Source: Eubacteriales bacterium
Lineage (GTDB): Bacteria > Bacillota > Clostridia > Oscillospirales > CAG-272
Reading direction: 5' to 3'
DNA: 57,272 bases
NCBI GenBank assembly: GCA_045656985.1
Contig: JAZOSH010000025.1
Location: forward strand, 1-57,272
The notes under the pieces: generated by a model
What the model was told of the DNA's origin: nothing
Databases searched by the model: none
Seen by the model: only the letters and a program-made list of their open reading frames with translations
Translations under genes and position numbers: made by a program
Shown here: positions 39,092 through 48,937 of the stretch, piece after piece
Numbering within the stretch: the stretch's first letter is position 1
Layout: the number at the start of each line of letters is the position of its first letter

Positions 39092-39952
39092 TTAATCAAT
39101 TTCGCTGTTGGCGATAGCTTTGGCAACTCGTGCGTAAATGGGAAAGAGAGCATCAAAAATCTCTGCGGGGAGAGTCTCGGGCGGTTCACATTCAAGGGAT
39201 AGAACACCGTCAAAGCATGCCTCCTTGAGAGAACTTGAGAAATCCTTCCAATCGATAGTACCCTCAAAGGGCATCATATGGTCGTCACCCTTGCCCTTGT
39301 TATCGTGAACGTGGAGAGCCTTTATATGTTTTTTGAAGCTTCTCATCGCCTCTGCGGGTGACTCAAAATTTTTGCTGTTGTTCGCGTGTCCCGTGTCAAG
39401 ACACATAGCAAAGGAGGGGTCGCCTATCTCCTCCACTATCTTTGCGATTGCCGAGGGGGAGGAGAGGGAAAAGTTCAAAAATGGCATATTTTCAAGACAA
39501 ATGATTACATCCTCACGCTTTGCAATTTCAAGAAGCTCACGCATAAATTCAAGATTTAGTACCTTGGTCTCGGCTTCTTTGCCCATTTTCGTATCGTCTA
39601 CGCCAAAGGGCATAATTGGGTGCACTACCCAATATTTCGCTCCGAGAAGCTTTGCGGCGTGCATCGAGCGCGCCATTTTTTCGCGCCTTTCGGCTCTGTC
39701 GGCGGGTGTCGCGTCCATCGGCGGCCATCTCCACGGGCCGTGAACCTGCGAAATGCAGATGCCTGCCGCATCGGCAAGGCTTTTTTCTTTTCTCAGGTAT
39801 TCCTCAAATTCCTTATCGTCATAGCCGTAAATAAAGGAACTCGTATTCGCCATATTAAAATCGTTGCAGTCGAAGCCAAAGGATCTTATCTTGTTATAAA
39901 ATTCGTCGCCCCACGGTCTGTTGTGCGCGGCTCCCGTTATTCCCGTTTTCAT
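39092..39952 (-). CDS. Sugar phosphate isomerase/epimerase (xylose-isomerase-like TIM barrel)
   Basis: WVVHP, LENMP, CLDTGH, LHVHDN, LSLE metal-binding motifs. Confidence 0.85.
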   Translation of the reverse strand: MKTGITGAAHNRPWGDEFYNKIRSFGFDCNDFNMANTSSFIYGYDDKEFEEYLRKEKSLADAAGICISQVHGPWRWPPMDATPADRAERREKMARSMHAAKLLGAKYWVVHPIMPFGVDDTKMGKEAETKVLNLEFMRELLEIAKREDVIICLENMPFLNFSLSSPSAIAKIVEEIGDPSFAMCLDTGHANNSKNFESPAEAMRSFKKHIKALHVHDNKGKGDDHMMPFEGTIDWKDFSSSLKEACFDGVLSLECEPPETLPAEIFDALFPIYARVAKAIANSEID

Positions 39953-39966
39953 ATATGTATCCTTTC

Positions 39967-40800
39967 TTATCTAAACCTTCTCGCGTATCCGCACTTGCGA
40001 CAGAGCTCCTCGGTAGCTCGGTGGCTTTTGAAGCCCTCGTAAATCGCCGTCGCACGCTCCGATGTGAGTATTTCGTCAAGTGTTGAGTCAAATATGTTGC
40101 CGAGTGCGATGTCACCCTCGTGGTCAAGACAGCAGGGAACAACAGTTCCGTCGCAGAGAATGCCAAGCTGGTCGCGAAGCCCGTAGCAAAAGAGGTGCGA
40201 GGGACCCTCGGGGGCAGAAAGGTCGGGCCAATCAAAGCGCTCTCCGTTTTCAAGATAGATCTTCTCCCCGATTCGCGTGCCCCTTCTCTCGTCTATCCAC
40301 TCACTGTCAAAATAACACTTTAGCTTCTCAAGGATGCTTGAGTTAAGTCTGTTCTTGCCGCCCTCGTTCCAAAGTCTCAATACTACTATCTTTTTGCCCT
40401 CGGCAGCCTTTGCAAAGGAGAAGCAGATGCCAAGATAGTCATCAAAGGGAATGGGAAGGTCATTTGCCTCAAAGGCGTGAAGAGAGATGTTTACCTTATG
40501 GATCGCAGGGGAGGAGAGAAGTATCTTTTGCTTCTCTGCAAGCAGTGTTCCGTTGGTGGTGATTATCACCTTGAAGCCGTTTCTGTCGGCAATAGAAAGA
40601 AAGCTCTCAAGCTCGGGATGGCAGAGAGGCTCACCCATAAGGTGAAAATAAAGAAAATCTGTATAGGGACGCAGACGCGGAGCGAGGCATTCAAACTCCT
40701 CTGCGCTCATTCGTCGCGGTGCGCGTCTTGTTTTGGGGCAAAAAGAGCAACGGAGGTTGCATATGTTGGATATTTCAAGATAAATTTTTCGAAATCTCAT
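39967..40800 (-). CDS. Radical SAM protein with SPASM domain
   Basis: CNLRCSFC, MGEP, TTNG, C-terminal CYG...PCC...CRKC. Confidence 0.9.
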   Translation of the reverse strand: MRFRKIYLEISNICNLRCSFCPKTRRAPRRMSAEEFECLAPRLRPYTDFLYFHLMGEPLCHPELESFLSIADRNGFKVIITTNGTLLAEKQKILLSSPAIHKVNISLHAFEANDLPIPFDDYLGICFSFAKAAEGKKIVVLRLWNEGGKNRLNSSILEKLKCYFDSEWIDERRGTRIGEKIYLENGERFDWPDLSAPEGPSHLFCYGLRDQLGILCDGTVVPCCLDHEGDIALGNIFDSTLDEILTSERATAIYEGFKSHRATEELCRKCGYARRFR

Positions 40801-40817
40801 AGCTCCTCCGTTAATTT

Positions 40818-42131
40818 TTAATATTCAAGAATTTTTATTACCTCTGTGCGAAGCTTTGCAGTCATCTCCGACTCTCCTGTAATAAGCACAAATCCGTGTT
40901 CGCGTGAGGCATCAACTATCCGCTTTGCCGCCGCTTTAAGAGTTGTGGGGAGCGAAAGATTGAATTCGTGATTGAGTTCCACCGAGTCAGCCACAGTATT
41001 TTTGTCGGGTAGGGGAATTATAAGCTCCTTTACCGTATAACCGCGCTCATGCAGATTATCAAGATATGCCCTGATAAGCGGAATGTCCTGCGAGATGCAG
41101 AGGACGATGCATTCTCCTGTCTGTTCCTTGAAGTCCTCAAGCGTCTGTGACATAGTTGCCACTGCCTCGGTCTTATGGGTGCTGTCGGCAATTATCGTCG
41201 GCATTACCGAAAGTGTCTCAAATTTAGTTTTGATATTGACTCTCGCAAGGGCTCGGCAGATGGCATCATAGCCTATTTCAAAGCCCGCGCGCTCAAGCAT
41301 GCTTACCGCTTCAATTACAGTTGTGGCATTGTGGATCTGAAATCTTCCGCACAGTCCTATTTTATAGCCTCTGTCGCGGTAGATAAACTCCGAGCCCTTG
41401 AGCGACATTCTCGTTATCTCAAGAGAGGAGCGCACAGGCATTGAAAATCGGCAGTTTATGTTCGCACACGCATTTGAGATGGTTTTAAACGCGCGACTGT
41501 CCTGCGGCGCGCTGACTATCTCTGTAATTCCGGGTCTTATGTAGGATTTTATGCGGGAGAGCTCCTGTGTGTCGTCATCGGGTATCGTTCCGCAGATGAT
41601 ACTGTAAAGCGGAGGAGCGAGGAATTTTGTGGGGTCGGCACCATTATGTTCACATTCCATAAGGCAGAGCTTGCAGCCCTCCTCTCTGAAGGCAAGAAGC
41701 GCCATTAAGAGAACTATCTCATTTTTTGTAGGCTCAAGAGATATTTTTCTGCTTCTTATTGCCTCGGGCAGAGTCTCGTCATCTGTTTTAAGACTGGCTC
41801 TTGCCATGTTTGTGGCATCGGCTATTGCTTCAATGTAACGAACGGTTGCCTCAATTGATATGGGCTCGCCGTCGATAAGCACATTCTCACGCGGCTCACT
41901 CGTTGTTGGCATAACAAGACTGCCGGTGCGTATCCCGCTTTCAACGAGGATCCTTGTCAGCATGCTCTGGCACACTGACTTTCCGTTGCTTCCCGCAAAG
42001 CGCACATATGGCAGTCTTGCCTCGGGCGAGCCGAGTAGGGAAGCGAGAAGGCGTATCCTCTCATATGAGGTGGCAGGGCCGCTTTTGTTCGGCGCGCCAA
42101 GTATATATTTTATGGCGTTATGGTATGTCAT
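40818..42131 (-). CDS. Divergent FolC/Mur-ligase-fold protein
   Basis: FAGSNGKS P-loop, LCGRFQIHNA, overall FolC layout; several FolC signatures are degenerate. Confidence 0.65.
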   Translation of the reverse strand: MTYHNAIKYILGAPNKSGPATSYERIRLLASLLGSPEARLPYVRFAGSNGKSVCQSMLTRILVESGIRTGSLVMPTTSEPRENVLIDGEPISIEATVRYIEAIADATNMARASLKTDDETLPEAIRSRKISLEPTKNEIVLLMALLAFREEGCKLCLMECEHNGADPTKFLAPPLYSIICGTIPDDDTQELSRIKSYIRPGITEIVSAPQDSRAFKTISNACANINCRFSMPVRSSLEITRMSLKGSEFIYRDRGYKIGLCGRFQIHNATTVIEAVSMLERAGFEIGYDAICRALARVNIKTKFETLSVMPTIIADSTHKTEAVATMSQTLEDFKEQTGECIVLCISQDIPLIRAYLDNLHERGYTVKELIIPLPDKNTVADSVELNHEFNLSLPTTLKAAAKRIVDASREHGFVLITGESEMTAKLRTEVIKILEY

Positions 42132-42133
42132 TT

Positions 42134-43309
42134 TTATTTTCCAAGCAAGAAGCGTCGCGCGCTCTCATATTCGTCAAGTGCCTTGCGTGCCTCCCTTGAA
42201 TCCTTTGAAAAATTCTTTTTTCTTATGGCGCGAAGCATTATATTCTTCGGCGTTTCGTCGGGGTCTATCAGTTCAAGCGCGTCGCAGGAATATCCTTCAC
42301 TTTCAAGTCGCTTAAGGCGCAGAGCGTCGGTTGCAGCATCGCAGAGCTTCTGACGAAGCATTGAATACTCGGCAATAAAGGAAAGTGCCTCACAGTTGAG
42401 GGTGTGATTAAGCTCGTGGTGGCAGCAGGGAGTTGAAAGAATAACCCTTGCCTGCCACTCGGTAGCCTTCTCCAGCACAATATCTGTTGCTGTATCGCAG
42501 GCGTGGAGAGAGATAACAAGGTCGGGAAGCTTGTCTGTCTTGTATTTTCTTATATCGGTGCAGATAAAGGAAAGCCCGTTAAAGGAGAGCTTTTTTGCCA
42601 CCTCGGAGCAGTATTCGATAACATCGCTCTTAAGATCTGCACCTGTCATAGTAACCTTATATCCGAGAATATTTGCAAAATAATGATAGACCGCAAAGGA
42701 AAGATAGCTCTTGCCACAGCAGAGGTCGCATATGGTTATCTCGTCTCGGGGCAGCTCGTCAAGGACATCGCGCACCATCTCAAGAAAGCGATTTATCTGT
42801 CTGAACTTTGAGCGCTTTTTGTCATAGATGCGCCCATTTTCGTCGGATACACCGAGAAGCTTGAGAAAGGGCTCCGAGCCGTCAAGTATATGCTCCTTCT
42901 TGCGGTCATTGCCCGTGAGAGTCACCTCGGCAGAGTCCTTCTCAAGCGCTCTTGCAAGCTTGAGTGAGCCAAGGCAGACGCTCTTGCCCGATTTTGAGAG
43001 CTTATATTCGCACTCGCCCGCGGTGGTGATAAGATTTATCTGTGAAAACTCTGCCGCAATGGCACTGAGCTTGTCATAAAGCTCACCGTCAAGCGCAAGA
43101 TTTTTGTGTAGAGCCTTGTTATCATTCATAAAATATTCGCACTGCAGAACAGCCGCTCCGCCGATCTGCTTAAGAGTGGCGCACATACGCTGTACCGCGG
43201 CGTCATGCGGCTTTGAAAATACTGCTTTTTTAAGCTTTTTCTGTGTCGCCGCGCTGACAGTAAGATGGCTTATCTGTGAGAGAGCGGGAAGATTTTCAAT
43301 TTCCTTCAT
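42134..43309 (-). CDS. SAM-dependent methyltransferase
   Basis: KFRQINRFLE, DLCCGKSYL, ISLHACDTATD, PCCH, TPKN. Confidence 0.85.
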   Translation of the reverse strand: MKEIENLPALSQISHLTVSAATQKKLKKAVFSKPHDAAVQRMCATLKQIGGAAVLQCEYFMNDNKALHKNLALDGELYDKLSAIAAEFSQINLITTAGECEYKLSKSGKSVCLGSLKLARALEKDSAEVTLTGNDRKKEHILDGSEPFLKLLGVSDENGRIYDKKRSKFRQINRFLEMVRDVLDELPRDEITICDLCCGKSYLSFAVYHYFANILGYKVTMTGADLKSDVIEYCSEVAKKLSFNGLSFICTDIRKYKTDKLPDLVISLHACDTATDIVLEKATEWQARVILSTPCCHHELNHTLNCEALSFIAEYSMLRQKLCDAATDALRLKRLESEGYSCDALELIDPDETPKNIMLRAIRKKNFSKDSREARKALDEYESARRFLLGK

Positions 43310-43310
43310 A

Positions 43311-44027
43311 TCAAAGCTCCTTGTCAACATCTTTTTTATCAACGCTCTTCTTGAAGCTGAATTTGCTTTCGGTCTTACTCAGCAGTCTCTTGATGTTGTC
43401 CTTGTGCTTTACTGTAACGAGCACCGCGATAATAACTGTAAATATACCGTAGGGCGCGCGGCCGTTGATAACTGTATCCATTCCGTGAAGTACGACGGGG
43501 TAGATAAGCGCGCAGATAATAGAGGCAAGCGAGATGTATTTCCAAATGAGCACCACAGTTACATAGATAACGAGTTCAATAAGGAAAACATAGGGGTTGC
43601 AGACAAGCATAGATGCCGCCGTTGTAACAACGCCCTTGCCGCCCTTGAATTTATAGAATACAGGGAACATATGACCTACAACGCAGAAAACTCCCGCAAT
43701 ATGTGCGCCGAGATATCCTATGAGCGCATAGCCTATAAGACCTGCAACTATAGCCTTGAGGGCATCTCCCGTAAAGGTGAGTATCGCCGCGCGCTTACCG
43801 TATGTACGCATCATATTTGTCATACCTGCATTACCGCTTCCGTGTGTGCGGATATCTTGATGATATTCATTTTTTGATATCATTATCGCGAAATTAAGAC
43901 TGCCTAGAATATATGCAGTAAACGCGGTAAGAAACATACCCACCACCAAAAGAATATTTGGATCGGGGATAAGCATATAAAGAAATCCGTTCTGTGTGAA
44001 GGTATTAAAAAATTCACTAAAGCTCAT
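43311..44027 (-). CDS. plsY: Glycerol-3-phosphate acyltransferase PlsY
   Basis: YILGS, GSGNAGMTN..R, GDALK, GHMFPV...FKGGKGV, HKDNIKRL. Confidence 0.95.
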   Translation of the reverse strand: MSFSEFFNTFTQNGFLYMLIPDPNILLVVGMFLTAFTAYILGSLNFAIMISKNEYHQDIRTHGSGNAGMTNMMRTYGKRAAILTFTGDALKAIVAGLIGYALIGYLGAHIAGVFCVVGHMFPVFYKFKGGKGVVTTAASMLVCNPYVFLIELVIYVTVVLIWKYISLASIICALIYPVVLHGMDTVINGRAPYGIFTVIIAVLVTVKHKDNIKRLLSKTESKFSFKKSVDKKDVDKEL

Positions 44028-44062
44028 TAGAACCTCCGAGAGCATTATAATCGTTAAATTTT

Positions 44063-44091
44063 ATTATAACATATTTTTTTATTATAATCAA
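44063..44091 (-). promoter_or_regulatory. Sigma-A promoter of plsY and downstream genes
   Basis: TTGATT-17-TGT-TATAAT. Confidence 0.7.
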
Positions 44092-44139
44092 TATTTTTTG
44101 AAATATTTAAGGCGTGCCGACTGTGCGACACGCCTTTTT

Positions 44140-46359
44140 TTAAAGTGAGATAAGCTTATATGGAATTGATTTTTTTTCGCAAAGCATTCTTTCCCTGTCA
44201 TGGCAGGAGAAGAGAAGGCACTGTCCGCCCTCGCCACAATATTTTGCAAGTATCGCAAGAATTGCTGTGGCGCGCTTGTCATCAATCATGGCAAGCGTTT
44301 CGTCCATAAAGAGGGGGGGAGGGGCATCGGGTGAGAGAAGCTTTGAGAGTGAGAGGCGAAGCGCGATATATGCCGCGTTTCTCGTGCCCGTGCTGAATGC
44401 CTCAAGTGGATGAGAAAATCCGTCTGCAGCGATCGATATTCCAAGGGAGGCATCTATTGAGACGGACGAATATTTATCGTCGGTAAGCTCGCCGATATAC
44501 TCGTTTGACATCGCGCGAAGCTTTGGAGTTACCGTGTTTTGGAGATTTTCCGCCGCCGTGCCTATCGCCTCTACGGCGAGAAGGACTGCCGCAAGTCTTT
44601 CGCGCTGACGCGCAAGCTCCTCATTCACAGCCTCAAGCTCCTCGGCTATCTTGAAAGGGTTCTGGCTTACCGAGCGCTTTTCAATAAGCAGTCTCTCGTT
44701 TCTGCGCAGAGAGCCCTCATATGCGGCCGCCTGCGATTCGCAAAGATCTCTGTCAAGCTTTGCCCTTTTTATCTGCTCTTCGCTCATAGAAAGTATCTCG
44801 AGCGAGAGCCTTCCGCGCACCTTATGCTCATTGTACTCGGCAAGTGTTGCCGAAAGGCGGGAGATCATCGTGTCCTGTGCGGCAATGAGATTTTGCATTC
44901 TGTCAAGCTCATCAAGTGCTTTTTCAATTTCAGCAACAGCACCTTTTGCTTCGCTCTCGGGATCTGTAGATACTGTCTTATAGCGCGAGAGAAGGGAGAT
45001 AAGGCGCTGACTTGCATTTAAGAAAAGCATCTCTCGTGTTGAAAGCTCGGCGGTAAGCGCGCCGAGAGCCTGACGGCTTCTTTCAAGCGCGGCAAGCTCC
45101 TCTGTCACCTGCTTTAAGAATTCATCAATATGCCCCTTGTCGCTGCCAAGCGCCCTGCAGTATTTGCCGTATGACACAGACGCACTTACCGCAAGAATGC
45201 AGAAGAGGAGGGGAAGGAGAAGTCCCGCGAGGGCAGGTAGAAAAAATACTGCCGCCACGGCGCTTGCAATCGCCGTGATAAAGGAAAGGGAAGCGAACAT
45301 GCTCTTCTTTCCTTTCTCTGACTTGAGTCGGCGTCTGATTGCGTCAACACCGCCTTCTGCCGAGATGCGCTCGAGCTTTTTCTCAAGCTCTCCATCTATG
45401 CCGAGAGCCTTTTCGGCATCAGCAAGCTCATTTCTTTTTGCAGCGAGCTGCCTTTTTATAAGCTCGTATTCTTCAAGTGAGCCCTTGAGCTCAGCAAGAT
45501 AATTTCTGTTTGGCATAAATCCGTTTTTCTGTAGGAAAGCGGTAAGCTCTGCGGCTTTTGTCTCAAAGTCTGACTTTGCCTTCTCGTGGGAATGAAGGTC
45601 GTCAAAAAGCCTTACCACCGAGAGTAGGCTTGTCTTTGAGAAAAGCTCATCTGCTATTTTTTTGCGCGCAAGTACTGCATCAAGCTTTTTTTCGGTGTCG
45701 TCTATCTTTGATTGCAGTTCCTCAATTTCCTGATTGTCTTTTATCGCGCGGGCAAGGTCTTTCTCAAGCGACTCACTCTTGGTCTCAAGCTCGTATATTG
45801 AGCCGCCCTTGCCACCTTTGTGCTGATAGCTCTTTCTCGCCTCGTCAAGCGCACGGAGAGCTCTGTCTGTATTTATCGCCTCATCGGCATTCGACATAAG
45901 ATTTTGTGTGGCGGCAGTAACGCTCTCACCCTTGATAAGGGTGCAGCCAAGCTGGGATATTGCCGAGGTAGACTCAAAGACCTCTGCCGTCATGCCGAGA
46001 AAATACTCACCCGGGGCGGTAATATCCTTGAGGGGCTCGCCGCTTTCATCGTCAAATACCTGAAGATTTTTTGCCGTGGCAGGAAGCCTTCTTTCAATTC
46101 TGTAGCGCTTACCGCTGTGTGTCAGCGTCATGCTTCCGCCCGCCTTGTCATTCTCCCAGGAAAGGGCGCGCTCTGCCTCGGATACGGGCGAGGATTTCGT
46201 CTTTCTCGCCACACCGTAGAGCATAAATTTTATAAAGAGCAGTATTGTGCTTTTTCCCGATTCGTTATCGCCGAGAATGAGGTTTATTTCGTCGCCAAGC
46301 TCAAGAGAGAGGTCGCGCAGCTTGCCGAATTCCTTGATTTCAAGTTTAATTATCTTCAA
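44140..46359 (-). CDS. YhaN-like SMC/Rad50-type AAA ATPase with central TM hairpin
   Basis: TTG start after GGAGG; GDNESGKST Walker A, long coiled coil, FSTGT signature, FMDET Walker B, FSCH. Confidence 0.85.
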   Translation of the reverse strand: MKIIKLEIKEFGKLRDLSLELGDEINLILGDNESGKSTILLFIKFMLYGVARKTKSSPVSEAERALSWENDKAGGSMTLTHSGKRYRIERRLPATAKNLQVFDDESGEPLKDITAPGEYFLGMTAEVFESTSAISQLGCTLIKGESVTAATQNLMSNADEAINTDRALRALDEARKSYQHKGGKGGSIYELETKSESLEKDLARAIKDNQEIEELQSKIDDTEKKLDAVLARKKIADELFSKTSLLSVVRLFDDLHSHEKAKSDFETKAAELTAFLQKNGFMPNRNYLAELKGSLEEYELIKRQLAAKRNELADAEKALGIDGELEKKLERISAEGGVDAIRRRLKSEKGKKSMFASLSFITAIASAVAAVFFLPALAGLLLPLLFCILAVSASVSYGKYCRALGSDKGHIDEFLKQVTEELAALERSRQALGALTAELSTREMLFLNASQRLISLLSRYKTVSTDPESEAKGAVAEIEKALDELDRMQNLIAAQDTMISRLSATLAEYNEHKVRGRLSLEILSMSEEQIKRAKLDRDLCESQAAAYEGSLRRNERLLIEKRSVSQNPFKIAEELEAVNEELARQRERLAAVLLAVEAIGTAAENLQNTVTPKLRAMSNEYIGELTDDKYSSVSIDASLGISIAADGFSHPLEAFSTGTRNAAYIALRLSLSKLLSPDAPPPLFMDETLAMIDDKRATAILAILAKYCGEGGQCLLFSCHDRERMLCEKKSIPYKLISL

Positions 46360-46372
46360 AGCGCACCCTCCT

Positions 46373-47497
46373 TCAGTCAAGCTTAAGTATGTCGGCAAGA
46401 TTTCTGCCGTCTATTGCGTAAAGTCCTATTCTCAGTGCTTCTGCCGCAAGGCGGCGCTCATCTGCATTCTCGCTCTCAAGTCGAGGCAAGAGTGTTCTGT
46501 AAAGCTCGCCGCGAAGCGTGATGTCGCTCTTGAGCTCCTTGGCATCGGGCATAGGCAGTGTAAGGTCCTTTATTTTGAGGAGCGAGAGCGGTGTAGACAT
46601 CGCCTCAAGCTTCTCGGGGCTTATTACGCAGTAAAGCGGAACTGTTCCCGTAAGAAGCAGGCGGAGCGAGGTCTCTCTGGCGTAGGAATGTGCATCTATA
46701 TGCTCCTCTATCATCTTGGCTATATCCGCGCCACTCTCGGCAGAGCTTACATCAAGTGCTTCCTCAATAAATCTGTGTTCCGAGAATATTATCCTTTCGG
46801 CGCTTGCACGGCCGTTCTCAATCGTTACCGAGAGTGCACCGCCGTCGCAAAGCTCATCAAAGGCGCGGCCCATAGGGAATCCGCAGTAACGCACAAGCGA
46901 CCTTGTGCTTTCGGGTATCGGAGGATTGTGTATATGACCGAGCGCGGCATAGCAAAAGCCGCATCTCTCTATTTCGCGCATTGAAATGGGTGCGTATTTT
47001 GAGGCTGATGACGAAATATCGGCATGCGCGCAGAGAATAAGCGCGTTATCGGTCTTTGGCGGCGTGAAGGACTCAAGCGGACTTGTCTCAAGCCTGTCGG
47101 TCATCATCGCATAGCCGCATACCGTCACGCCAAGCTCGTCAAAGGAGAATACTTGCACCTCCTCCGAGTTAAAAATATACACATTTTGGGGTAGCTCGGG
47201 TGAGTGGTATAGGGGTGTGGAGGAGAAGGGATCATGGTTTCCCGGTGCTATGATTACAGGGCAATCAAGCTCACCAAGGCTCATGAGCACCTGCTTGCGT
47301 GTTGCGGGGGTTATATATTTTCCGTCAAAAAGGTCGCCCGATATGAGCACCATATCATAGGAATTTTCCTTTGCATAGCGCATTATTTTAGAGAAAACAT
47401 CGCGTTGCGCCTCGCGCATTCTTTCGCCGTCGGCAAGCGAGAGCGACGAGAAGGCACTGTCAAGGTGCATATCTCCCGTATGTAAGATCTTGAGCAT
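46373..47497 (-). CDS. YhaO/SbcD/Mre11-like DNA repair nuclease
   Basis: HTGDMH, SGDLFD, PGNHD, ALGHIH. Confidence 0.9.
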   Translation of the reverse strand: MLKILHTGDMHLDSAFSSLSLADGERMREAQRDVFSKIMRYAKENSYDMVLISGDLFDGKYITPATRKQVLMSLGELDCPVIIAPGNHDPFSSTPLYHSPELPQNVYIFNSEEVQVFSFDELGVTVCGYAMMTDRLETSPLESFTPPKTDNALILCAHADISSSASKYAPISMREIERCGFCYAALGHIHNPPIPESTRSLVRYCGFPMGRAFDELCDGGALSVTIENGRASAERIIFSEHRFIEEALDVSSAESGADIAKMIEEHIDAHSYARETSLRLLLTGTVPLYCVISPEKLEAMSTPLSLLKIKDLTLPMPDAKELKSDITLRGELYRTLLPRLESENADERRLAAEALRIGLYAIDGRNLADILKLD

Positions 47498-47603
47498 AGA
47501 ATATCCTCCGTTTCTTGATACTTATATTATATCACATAACGAGCAGCACTTCAATACAAAAAAGCATATACTGATAAATAGATTTTTATATATGGAGGCA
47601 AAA

Positions 47604-48173
47604 ATGGTTATTGAAATACCCTATAACCGAGAACGCGCGCTTGAGTACGCGCGCAGGTGGGCGCTCTCGCGCAATCCGCTTTTTATTGATTTTACAGGTG
47701 GCGGAGGAGACTGCACAAATTTTGTTTCACAGTGCTTGTTCGCAGGCTGCGGTGTGATGAATTATACCGAGACCTATGGCTGGTATTACATATCGTCAGA
47801 CGACCGCGCGCCCGCGTGGAGTGGCGTTGACGAGCTCTATAATTTCCTTACGGGATTGCCTGAATTTGCCATGGCAAACGGTGGCACGGGTCCGTACGCG
47901 AAGCTTGCAGAGACGAGAGAAGAGGTGGAGCTTGGCGATGTTGTTCAGCTTGCCAATGCCGAGGGAGAGTTTTATCATACGCTCATAATAAGCGGCTTCA
48001 GTGAGGGCGATATTCTTGTATCGGCGCATTCAAACGATGCACTTGACCGCCCGCTTTCTACCTATCCTTATTATTCGCTCCGCATATTGCATGTTCTCGG
48101 TGCGCGCCTTGAGATAGACACCATGGGGAGCTTTCAGCAGCTTATTGGCGGCGAGGAGATAGTAAGCATATAA
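47604..48173 (+). CDS. Putative amidase-domain protein (amidase_6-like)
   Basis: YNRERALEYARRWA..RNP, GGDCTNFVSQC, YH, SAHS. Confidence 0.8.
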   Translation: MVIEIPYNRERALEYARRWALSRNPLFIDFTGGGGDCTNFVSQCLFAGCGVMNYTETYGWYYISSDDRAPAWSGVDELYNFLTGLPEFAMANGGTGPYAKLAETREEVELGDVVQLANAEGEFYHTLIISGFSEGDILVSAHSNDALDRPLSTYPYYSLRILHVLGARLEIDTMGSFQQLIGGEEIVSI

Positions 48174-48200
48174 AAAGGAGGCAAATGCCTCCTTTTTATT
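48172..48200. terminator. Bidirectional terminator
   Basis: aaaaaggaggca-aa-tgcctccttttt. Confidence 0.8.
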
Positions 48201-48807
48201 TTTGCAATTCAAAAAGCTTAAATCTTGCCTCCGACATAACATAGATATGCTTTTTTGTTTTCGGTATGCCGTGCGCAGAGACAAAGATCCCCTCATCAAG
48301 ATTTTTGATACACTCGGGCTTACCCGAAATTACGCAGATGTAGACAGTATCGGGATCGTTGGCATCTGCAAAAGACATTTCAAAATACTCTCTTTCAATA
48401 TGGATGCCAACAGTAGTCTGCTGTTCCCAAAGCAGAGACGATGTCTTGCAATGGATAACAGTGTTCTTTTTATTTGCGCGGAGCTTGGTTTTTGTGAGCA
48501 GAACGCGCTTGCCGCGATATACAAATTCATAGACAGAAAAATGCTCGTTTTCAGCGACCCTAATTTTGCTCTTTTTAAACTCCTCGTAAATACTTGAATC
48601 TTCTTCGTTGTGGCAAAGCTCCATTATATCGGTGAGATCGCAGTCAAGTGCCTCGCAGATCCGCAAGAGTGTATCGGAGTTGATATTTTCATTTTTAGAG
48701 AGCTTTGTGAGTGTGCGCGAGCTTATCCCGCACAGCTCAATAAGATCAGTCTTTTTCAGATGCTTGTCAATAAGTGTTTTCCAAAGTCTTTCGTAGCTTA
48801 TATACAT
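48196..48807 (-). CDS. Cro/C1-type HTH regulator with an extra C-terminal domain
   Basis: ISYERLWK.LID...KTDL...ISS.TL.KL.KNE.....TL.RICEAL.C, followed by about 135 aa of unrecognised sequence. Confidence 0.75.
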   Translation of the reverse strand: MYISYERLWKTLIDKHLKKTDLIELCGISSRTLTKLSKNENINSDTLLRICEALDCDLTDIMELCHNEEDSSIYEEFKKSKIRVAENEHFSVYEFVYRGKRVLLTKTKLRANKKNTVIHCKTSSLLWEQQTTVGIHIEREYFEMSFADANDPDTVYICVISGKPECIKNLDEGIFVSAHGIPKTKKHIYVMSEARFKLFELQK

Positions 48808-48887
48808 CGTACCACCTCCTACGGTAATTATAGCATATAAGCTATAAAATGTCAATAAAAATTTACAAAAGTAAATAATTTTCAAAA

Positions 48888-48931
48888 AACAAGTAGGTGT
48901 TGTGACAATGTTCACAACACCTACTTGTTAA
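48888..48931 (-). terminator. Terminator of the GH127 gene
   Basis: Long inverted repeat aacaagtaggtgttgtga / tcacaacacctacttgtt with a U-tract on the minus strand. Confidence 0.75.
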
Positions 48932-48937
48932 AATAAT

